DNA from: Octopus vulgaris
Lineage: Eukaryota
Direction of reading: 5' to 3'
Length of the DNA stretch: 64,000 nucleotides
NCBI GenBank assembly: GCA_951406725.2
Contig: OX597826.1
Location: forward strand, 39,556,001 to 39,620,000
The translations under genes were made by a program, and so were the position numbers. Under the pieces are notes generated by a model. That model searched no databases. It was not told the origin of the DNA and saw only the letters and a program-made list of their open reading frames with translations. The first letter of the stretch is position 1; the number at the start of each line of letters is the position of its first letter. Below are positions 53,581-64,000 of the stretch, piece by piece.

Positions 53581-54721
53581 TCCATCTAACCCATCAATAA
53601 TCCACAGACACATTGCTTAAATAGCCACTAAACATAGCGGTGTAACGTTATTGCATGTACCAATATTACATATTAAACACATTCCTGGAAGCTGGTACAT
53701 AATTATCAATGACTTGTGAGGATGCGATATTTCGTTATGCCACGATTAAGGGGGGAAAAACACCCTATTGATGGCATATTGATCTCATTGTTTTTTTACA
53801 GCTGACGTCTCGGAATACGAAACGTTGTAACAAATTTCAGTGCTGGCTAAAGTTTCTATAGAATATCTGTAGAGATAACCTTAGCGAGTGATGTAAAGCG
53901 CACTGCTAACACAGAATTACACGGTACTGACTAATAAAAACGTTTAATATATTTTATAGTATATAATAGTTGCATTACGAAATACTACGTCCCTGCAAGT
54001 CATTTAGTTCAAGGATCAGGTAGCAGAGTCGTTAAAACAGCGAACAAAATGCTTTGCAAGATTTGTTCCAGATCTATGCGTTCTGAGTTCAAATCCCGCC
54101 GAAGTCAACTTTACTTTTCTTTCTTTCGGGTCCGATAAAGTGGACTGACAGAATCATTACAACGTCAGATGGAACATCTTGTGGTATTTGTTACAGTTCT
54201 TTTGCGAGTGTTCTGAGTTCGATCGATCTGTGGCCTAACAGTACCACCAGTTTTTTGGTATCCTTTAAGGAAATCCACTTAAAGGAAATCTGATATGATT
54301 CTATCTACTATGGGCCCGGTTTTCCGGTTTCTATGGCGTATGTGTTCCCTAACTGGACGGGACGCCAGTCCATCGCAGCGTTACACATTTTTGCCAGCTG
54401 AGTGGACTGGAGCAACGTGAAATCTGCTATGATTCTATCTACTGGACCAGATCTCCTTCCACCATCCTTCCTGCCTGCAGTGCCGAAGGAGCAGCAATGA
54501 ATCATGAATATTAAGCTCTTAACCAAACATAATTTCGTGTTGGACGCAAAAAATACTTGTCATAGTAATGAATTAACGGAACATTTTGTCCTTCGTGCAG
54601 GATCGCCATCGGTATCACTTCCGAATCTTTGAATTTTGATGATAAAGCCGACAGTGACACTGATTTCAACCGATACTGGCCCTTGTCTTTCAGATACACA
54701 ATATATCTATATCTATATCTA

Positions 54722-54816
<95 letters not shown>

Positions 54817-55039
54817 AAATTTAAAATAATAAGAATGAAAAATTGAATATTAATTTGATTAATTATCAATTTAAAACCAGTGGTCTGGTATATTGAAAAC
54901 TCTGAAGATTCACAAAAATTATATTGCATACATATAAAAGGGATGACCTCGTATATGTATGTATATATATATATATATAAATACAATATATATATACATT
55001 CATACACACATACATTCATACATACACGCACAGATGCAC

Positions 55040-55272
55040 ATATATGCATATAACCCTCAATCTGTCTATGTGTCTGTCTATTATCTAATGACCTACCCAA
55101 CTACTTATCTAATTAGCTACCTATTTAGGTACCGCGCAGAATATAGCTAAAAGCATGACCTATCTAAATTTAATTTGTTCTTGATATCTTCACTGTAGTA
55201 CGCATGTAGGTTAGCCTAAATACTAGCTTCAAAATTTCCCACTTAATGCCACGTATACATAAAATAAATATA

Positions 55273-55314
<42 letters not shown>

Positions 55315-55578
55315 AAGATGAGAATATGTGTCTGTCTATCTGTGTGAATCCCTAAAACTCGAGAACTACACGACCGATTTCATTCAAATTTTACATATGC
55401 CTTACTTCGGGTCCATGTAAGTCATGGGCCAAACAAATTTTCAACTTCTTGTCTAATGCGAGCCTAGAAAAATCTCTTATCACTTTCTCTATTTCAGTAT
55501 TACGTATCAAAAGTGAAACTATAACATCTCTTTATTAATACTAAAACCATTAAAGTGAAATTATCTCACATATGCAGG

Positions 55579-55663
<85 letters not shown>

Positions 55664-55794
55664 TATATATGCGCATACATCTGCAGGTATGTATGTGTAT
55701 ACATGCATATTTATATAGATGTATGTATATATACAGAAGTATATGTGTAGATGTATATGTATAGGTGTATATTATAGATGTATATGTGTAGTTG

Positions 55795-55848
<54 letters not shown>

Positions 55849-55876
55849 CACATATATATATGCATACCTATATTTA

Positions 55877-55918
<42 letters not shown>

Positions 55919-56783
55919 GTGACCGCGTGTGTACCGTTGGCGATTTTTTTTCCTCTGTTTTCCGTTCTCTGGATCTTTCCTTCTCCTATGTTTCCGACAA
56001 AGAGCTCCGCTCGAAACGTTGAACCCTCCTTCTTTCCTTCTTTCCTGAGCGTCCAATAATACTATATTTGTTCCACGTCCTCGCATTGTTGTGTTTTTTT
56101 GTGCTTTCTTGCTTGGATTAACTTTATATACATGTATCTTAACCCTGGCCGAGGCAGCAATTGTTGGGCTATTTTTAGAAATGTTGTAAATAGCCTTTGT
56201 CAGAGATTTTTATATTTTTATATTTCAATTGTCATCATCATCACTGTCAGCACCTTAATTATTGTTGCTAGTGGTGATGGTGGTGGCAATAGAACTTTTA
56301 ACCCTAAATAAGATAATTTTCCTGCTATCTAAGTATTATTATTATTGCTTATTTAGCTTGGGTTCGAATTTATCAATAAAATTCTTTTCTCTGATTTTCC
56401 TCTCGATTTCACTTGGGCTGTGTAATTTGTAGAATGAAAATATTATATATTTCACAGCTGTATTTAAGGCACAGATTTAATCATCTCGCTACAGTCAAAA
56501 ATTGTGAAGCATGACTGTCACCACTACTACATGAACCTGAAGATTGCAGAATTTAATGCATAAAAGTACTAGTTCAATCAGAATAAACATTTAACATTCT
56601 ATTATTTTATTTTATTTTATTATATTATATTATCTTATATTATATCATTATAAGATTGTAAATAAAACGTGAAAATCAGACAAGGTTGGAATCCCTTTTA
56701 TTAATATATTCTTCTATACACAATCACCCCCCTCCCCGTATATATATCTATATACATATATATACATACACACACACACACAC

Positions 56784-56822
<39 letters not shown>

Positions 56823-57155
56823 ATATATATATATTATACACACACACATTCATATACAGGTATGTATATGTGCACATTTATATGCATATAACCCTCAATC
56901 TGTCTATGTGTCTGTCTATTATCTAATGACCTACCCAACTACTTATCTAATGAAATTTGGAACACAAAATCCAAGCCTAGTGAGAAAAGTAATGCTGTGT
57001 TTCATTCAATTTCATGAACCAAAATTACTCAATGGATCCCTATGATATTTGGAACTTAGATTCAACACATAGGGGCGGATATAATGCAGTATGTTTGGTT
57101 TGAATTTGAGGTGGCTTAAAGGGGCAGAACCACCCCCATACATAAAATAAATATA

Positions 57156-57191
<36 letters not shown>

Positions 57192-57455
57192 AAGATGAGA
57201 ATATGTGTCTGTCTATCTGTGTGAATCCCTAAAACTCGAGAACTACACGACCGATTTCATTCAAATTTTACATATGCCTTACTTCGGGTCCATGTAAGTC
57301 ATGGGCCAAACAAATTTTCAACTTCTTGTCTAATGCGAGCCTAGAAAAATCTCTTATCACTTTCTCTATTTCAGTATTACGTATCAAAAGTGAAACTATA
57401 ACATCTCTCTATTAATACTAAAACCATTAAAGTGAAATTATCTCACATATGCAGG

Positions 57456-57504
<49 letters not shown>

Positions 57505-58060
57505 ATATATATGTGCATACATCTGCATATATATATATGTATACATGTATATATATATAGATGCATGTATATACACAGAAGTATATGTGTAGATGTATAT
57601 GTATAGGTGTATATTATAGATGTATATGTATAGATGTACTAGCAGTATCGCCCGGCGTTGCTCAGGTTTGTAAGGGAAATAACTATAAAGCATTTTTAGA
57701 GAGTTATAGCCAAAAAATAGCAAAAAAATGGAAAAAAAATTATGGTAAATTTTTTTTTGAGAGTAAAAAAGGTTGAGTTGCGTCCCCTAGACAGTCTGTG
57801 GTTTGTTTGTTTTGATTCTCGACCCCATGTCGAATTTATCGATTTTTTCAGAACTGGGGTTAACTTTTCAAAATTTTCGCTGCGTTAGTTTTGAATTATG
57901 ACATTGGGCTATGTGTGTGTCAAGTTTCATCAGAATCGGTTGAAAGCCGTGGTCAGGGTGAGGGTACGAGAAAACAGACACACAGAAACACGCACAGACA
58001 AACTGCCGTTTATATATAGAGAGATATATATATAGATGTATATATAATATGTACACACAC

Positions 58061-58125
<65 letters not shown>

Positions 58126-58467
58126 TACATATATATGTATATAATATACACACACACACACACATATATATATACAGGTATGTATATGTGCATATTTATA
58201 TCTATTATATAAAAGTCAATGTCGTTATATGTGTTCGTGTCTTACTAATAGATTCGAAAACTACTGCTCCGATCCTAATAAAATTTGGAACACAAAATCC
58301 AAGCCTAGTGAGAAAAGTAATGCTGTGTTTCATACAATTTCATGGACCAAAATTACTCAATGGATCCTTATGATATTTGGAACTTAGATTCAACACATAG
58401 GGGCGGGTATAATGCAGTATGTTTGGTTTGAATTTGAGGTGGCTTAAAGGGGCAGAACCACCCCCAT
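55040..58467. repeat. Mosaic local direct duplications
   Basis: 55040-55110 matches 56880-56950; 55255-55790 matches 57138-57630; 56952-57138 matches 58280-58466. Confidence 0.85.
57640..58024 (-). mobile_element. Non-autonomous Helitron-like element
   Basis: Minus strand starts TC(tctatatataaacgg) and ends in a GC-rich hairpin plus CTAG; an internally deleted copy lies at 17472-17657(+). Confidence 0.72.
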
Positions 58468-58534
58468 GAACATTCATAAATTTCCGATGTTGATGAAATT
58501 TCAATCATAGGTAATCGACAAGCATCAAGATAGG

Positions 58535-58935
58535 CGCTGGAGTTGCTGTGTGGTAAGTAGCTTGCTTACCAGCCACATGGTTCCGGGTTCAGTCCCACTG
58601 CATTGTACATTCTACTGTAGCCTCGGGCCAACCAAAGCCTTGTTAGTGGATTTGTTATACGGAAACTGAAAGAAGCTCGTCGTATATATGTATATGCAAA
58701 TATATAAGTGTGTGTGTGTGTGTTTGTGTGTCTGTGTTTGTCCCCCCAACATCGCTTGACAACCGATGCTGGTGTGTTTACGTCCTCATAACTTAGCGGT
58801 TCGGCAACAGAGACCTATAGAATAAGTACTAGGCTTACAAAGAATAAGTCCTGGGGTCGATTTGCTCGGCTAAAGGCGGTGCTCCAGCATAGCCGCAGTC
58901 AAATGCCTGAAACAAGTAAAATAGTAAAAGAGTAA
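58535..58935 (+). mobile_element. Abundant SINE family (ctgtgtggtaagtagcttgc... head, internal microsatellite, aaagagta tail)
   Basis: Other copies near 10930-11320(-), 22512-22733(-), 36400-36760(+), 50590-51230(+), 4160-4345(-), 1460-1620(-). Confidence 0.85.
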
Positions 58936-59227
58936 GTATTCCCATGAGGATTCTAAGGTTTCTCATAAGGATTCTAAGATCCCCTAATGGGGGCCTTAAC
59001 TCCTAAATTTTAGTCATTTTTTTATGATCCAAAAGCAAGTCAACATTACTGAATGGATCTTTATGAAATTTGGAAATTATATTCTATGCTTAAGGTCAGA
59101 TTTAATGAAGTACATGTTTGAAAGTGAGGGGGCATAAATGAGGCCATACACCCCATAAAAATTCATATATTTTTGCTGCTGATAAAATTTTAACCATATA
59201 AAAATATATAAATATGTATACATATAT

Positions 59228-59396
59228 ATACAATAAAAGGCTTCCAAAAAAAGGGATAAATTCATGAAAGGAATGAAAATTAAAAACGTTTACCAGCTGA
59301 GATGGTAAACATTTTTAATTTTCATTCCTTTCATGAATTTATCCCTTTTTGTGTGTCTAGCGCAGCCCTTCTTTTTTTGGAAGCCTTTTATTGTAT
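59228..59396. repeat. Long hairpin / inverted repeat
   Basis: 48-bp inner arms around a gctgaga loop, plus 25-bp outer arms. Confidence 0.9.
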
Positions 59397-59496
59397 TTCT
59401 ATATGAATAATATATAGTCTAATGACTAATTCGTCTTTTGTGCTAGGTCACTGGTAATAATAATTTATTTTTTATTACCCTATTTACTATGTTTAA

Positions 59497-59566
<70 letters not shown>

Positions 59567-60264
59567 GCATATATATATATACACACATATATATATGTAT
59601 TCATATATATATATACATATATATATTACTGACTACTTCCCAGCACCCACGCACACACACCATCATCCACACACCCACACAGTCTTCAATAGCGCCACTA
59701 CACATGCCAGTATATGAGCAGCCACACGTTACAGACACACACACACGCACACACTCACACACGTCGACGTCACTAGTCCCTATTTAGCTGTAACAATGCT
59801 TTTAACTCTTGGTGGGGATTTAGAGGACGCAGTCGCTATATACGGGGTGTTGGAAATTTGTTTAAAATTTGCAAAAAACGTTTTCCTCCTGGTCTGACCA
59901 CAGCCAATTTCTTCTAGAGAAGAGTGAGAGAGAGGGAGAGAGGAAGAGAGAGCTAGAAAGAGAGGGACGGAGGGGAAGGGCGAGAGAGAGAGAGAAAGAG
60001 GAAGAGTGTGAGAGAGAAAGACGTGAATGGAGAGACCAACCAATTCCAGTCCTGATATTTTATTTATCTGCCACGAAAGGGTGAAAGAAGAAGGTTGACC
60101 TCGGCAGGATTTGAAATCAAAAGGGAGAGGACCGAATACTGTATGGCAATCTCTTCAATGCTTAAATGATTCAATTAGCCACACACCATCCAGGCTTGTC
60201 GATAAATCTTATTGGTGTGAGATCTTTGAAAAGCCATATGAAGCTGCCATAGAACGGGTATATA

Positions 60265-60496
60265 TATTTCTTTACTACCCACAAGGGGCTAAACATAGAG
60301 GGGATAAACAAGGACAGACGAAAGGACTAAGTCGATTACATCGACCCAGTGCGAAACTGGTACTTTTTTATCGACCCCGAAAGGATGAAAAGCAAAGTCG
60401 ACCTCGGCGGAATTTGAACTCAGAACGCAGTGGCAGACGAAATACCGCTAAACATTTCGCCCGGCGTGCTAACGATTCTGCCAGCTCACCGCCTTA
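60265..60496 (-). mobile_element. Nin-domain-like SINE copy
   Basis: Reverse complement of the 5939-6172 family. Confidence 0.85.
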
Positions 60497-62031
60497 GAAC
60501 GGGTATATAATACAACTCTATGATCGAAAGTTAAAACAATACAAGAAAAAAAAAAAGAAAATATAAAGAAAAGAAAAGAAAAATACTCTTCAGTATCTCA
60601 CTAGTAATCAGCTTTCAGCAGCTACATTTGTTTTGTGTCTGTTATTCAGCCAACATTGAAGGTGTGTCCCCATGGGTTTAAAATGTCCCCATCACGATGT
60701 AGCTGCTTCATATTTTACAAATCATCTTAGATCGAGCCAATTTCTATAGAAGTACAACTCTATATATGTTTCTGGAGTGGGTAAAATCTGTTTGTGGGAA
60801 TCGATGTATTTGACTGTTGAAATAACACTAAAATGATTTAATCTGTTCTATATTCATACATTTATACATCGACAACGTAATGACTCATTAATAAAAGAAA
60901 GATGTTTATGAAGCTCTGCTGAGAGAAGGATGTTTTTTTACACTATGCCCTGAGAGTACAATTATTATCCAGCGAAATGTGTTTAATATGTCATGATGTG
61001 TGTTTGATATTCAGAAAGGTGCTTCAAGAGATGTGTGTTTATTATGTAAAGAAGTATCTTAAATATTCAGAGGCGAGTGTTTAATGTATAGTGGAGTGTG
61101 TTTATTACCCAGAGGAATGTGTTTCATATGTACAGAAAGATGTATAGTAAGCTATGCTCAGGGTATATATTTATATATTTTTTTTTATATAAAGGTGCTT
61201 CATATTTATAATTTTTTATAATGAAATAATTCTTCATATGGTTACGCTCAGAGAAAAAGCTGGAAAGTCGTTGTTATTGCTTTACTCCAGGTCAGTCTCG
61301 ATCAATAATCATTCAAATAACTGGAGTCCAGGTGTGATAATTAAAGGTATTTTTATCAGGCGCAACTCATCCAGGTACATTACCCTTTTCTGAGAAGAAA
61401 GGGTAATATTTGAGGGTCATTTAGCTGCTAGTTATGATGAAGCAACCAGAAAGGCTATATCGTTAATTGGAATTGTTCTGCCTAAGTTTTCAGATATACA
61501 GATACCTTGCTAATTAATTATAAACATGCAGGTGTGTTGCTAATTCTTTATACACATACTTGTTGATAATTAATTATAGATAAAAGGGATATGCTATTAA
61601 TTAATTAATTAATTATTGATATACAAATATGTTGTTAATTATTATAGATTTAGAAATGTGTTGCTAATTAATTATAGATATACAGCTTTGCACCTAATTA
61701 ATTATAAATATACAACTGTATTGCTAATTAATTATAAATTTAATCTAGGATGTTTATGTTAGACGTTTGTTGGAGGAATATTTCAGCTTGACAATTCGTG
61801 GAAAGGTAGAAAAGCGTTACTGGCCTCATTCAGTGTCAATTAATATCAACCAATCACAATTAAACACGTCTTCTTGAAATGAACTAATGGTTTATTTACG
61901 CAAGATTTAACACCACTAGGTATGGATTTCGTAAATTTTCTGATTGTCTATTGTTCTCTGGTTTCCCCACTCTCTTTATCTCTCTCTGTCAGTGACTCAC
62001 ACACATACACGTATGTAAATACATAATATAA

Positions 62032-62074
<43 letters not shown>

Positions 62075-62232
62075 CTTTATTTTAAGCAGCAGAAAATTCA
62101 ACAAAATCTGTTACTCTGAGTTTCTCGTTGCCGTTCATCAGACAGTTTTTGCTAGCAAAAACTGTCTGATGAACGGCAACGAGAAACTCAGAGTAACAGA
62201 TTTCGTTGAATTTTCTGCTGCTTAAAATAAAG
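62075..62232. repeat. 158-bp near-perfect palindrome with no spacer
   Basis: Centred on GCTAGC (62151-62156); one mismatch between the arms. Confidence 0.95.
62162..62199 (+). ncRNA. Type I hammerhead-ribozyme-like motif (mirror copy on minus strand at 62108-62145)
   Basis: ctgt-CTGATGA-a cg gcaa cg a-GAAA-ctc a gag-TA-acag: intact core, GUA cleavage triplet, stem I ctgt/acag; the 10.1-11.1 pair is a non-canonical A-A. Confidence 0.65.
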
Positions 62233-62372
62233 CATATTACTCTACCACTGGTATTTGAGTACTCTTTTTTCCACATTTACTCCGGTATATATATATATAT
62301 ATAATATAATTTATATATACATATAATTTATTTATGTATATATATATATAATTTATATATGCATATCATTTA

Positions 62373-62429
<57 letters not shown>

Positions 62430-62555
62430 GGCATCACTTTTATATGTATTTGATATAATCTCTTCGTGAAACTTCAGATTTTTAAATATGCTTGACCACT
62501 GGTTTTAAATTGATATTAATCAAATTAATTTTCAATTTTTTACCCTTATTATTTT

Positions 62556-62599
<44 letters not shown>

Positions 62600-62601
<2 letters not shown>

Positions 62602-62874
62602 CAGGTGCGCGTAAGATATTTGAGGACAGGTTTATGTTTATGAAAAAACATATATAATAAAAGATAATAACATTATTTATCAAAAAATGCTATGGGAATA
62701 AAAATTACCCTTTTCTATAATGTTATTCAATAAAGCCACCTTCAGCTTCAAAAACTGCTTCTATGAGATCTAAATCATCTACATGCTCGAATCAAGTGGT
62801 CCTGGTTCATTCTGGACGTTACTCTGACTATGACAGCTTTCAAAGAATGTTTGGTGCTATGAGCATGTTTATTG

Positions 62875-62919
<45 letters not shown>

Positions 62920-63515
62920 AACAACGCTCCACATGTAATAGTCCAATGGATTGAGATCTGGAGAATTTAGAGACCAAATGTTAGGGGTTATGTGATCATT
63001 AAAATTTTCAGCCACCCATTCCTGGGTAACTAGAGTCACGTGTGATAGTGCAAGGTCTTACTGAGACACACATGGCTTTCCATTGCATACATTGTCTATC
63101 CGGGGTTTAATATTGTCTATCCAGGACCTCAATGTAGGCGGCAGAGTTAATTCTAAGGCCTTGTAGAAAGAAATAAGGAGGCATCACATGTCCTTCATTG
63201 CTGACAACCCCTAAAACCATGACAGTTTCAGGAAATTTTGTATGCATAACACTTGGAACTTTAGAAGGGTCTGCATATAACTGTCTGTCATTTCTTCTGT
63301 TAACTTTTTGATCTTGGTCGAAGTATTTCTCGTTTGAGAAAAATCAAATCAAATCTGCTGGATTTTTCAGTTTGTTTAAGAGCCTTTTAGATCTGATGTA
63401 GTGATTTTCTTTTGCTTTTTCTGACAAATAGACCTTTCTCATCATATGAGACTTATAGCTGGTGTCTTCGTGGACAACATTTCTGACTGTTTCTTCTAAC
63501 ACATGGAGACCTTAT
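62600..63515 (-). mobile_element. Tc1/mariner (maT/DD37D-like) transposase relic
   Basis: Minus-strand WSLNSPDLNPLDYYMW and FSNEKYFDQDQKVNRRNDR motifs; interrupted by (CT)n. Confidence 0.8.
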
Positions 63516-64000
63516 TTATATCTTTTCGTATTTTCTACTGAAGAGGAAAAAATCTATTATGAGATTAATTCCGAAATTGATTCAATATAGAAATAACGAA
63601 CTTTAAAGCAAAATTCTATTGGCTGGCTTTCCTCGATTTCAGCTCTTCGTGTTTTCTGTAGCGAGTAAATAATATGTGGAAATTGACGATTTAAAAGTCT
63701 GTTATCAGCATATTGGCAGAGAAATAATTTTCTTTAGCCCTTATTTATAAGTTGTTTATAATTTTAACCTTAAAGGTATTTTAATATGCTGCCACATTTT
63801 TTGATGGAATTTTTTTTTCTGTAAAAAAACTTCATCCTATATTAGTATTTATATTTAATTAATAATATCAGGATAAGAAACATTTTGAGAAGTGTTTACT
63901 ACCAGTGGCCTAGCGTGTAGAAAAATTAGTCAATAGACTATTTACTATTCATATAAATGCATTGTACATTTAGACACATAGGAGGTATCCATCATAGGAT

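Overview
AT-rich, microsatellite-dense eukaryotic DNA. Its SINE repertoire (tRNA-Arg-headed SINEs, Nin-domain-like SINEs) points to an octopus or other coleoid cephalopod; this is inference from recalled repeat families. The ORF track is almost entirely microsatellite artefact. Manual splice reconstruction gives two intact, tandem, minus-strand paralogous 4-exon genes: gene A (35148->20019, 200 aa) and gene B (52396->42056, 189 aa). Both encode secreted 8-cysteine proteins resembling DUF4773, all introns are phase 1, and the genes share a promoter 11-mer and an unusually conserved 90-bp intronic block. The rest is a nest of decayed mobile elements: Penelope-like elements (RT and GIY-YIG fragments), several inverted-repeat cassettes carrying hammerhead-ribozyme-like cores (including a 158-bp near-perfect palindrome and a tRNA-like head upstream of a hammerhead), REL-type LINE fragments each interrupted by the same LTR family, RTE/CR1/Tx1 fragments, mariner/maT relics, Merlin-like MITEs, Helitron-like elements and local duplications. 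Family names are from motif recognition only; no database search was run.
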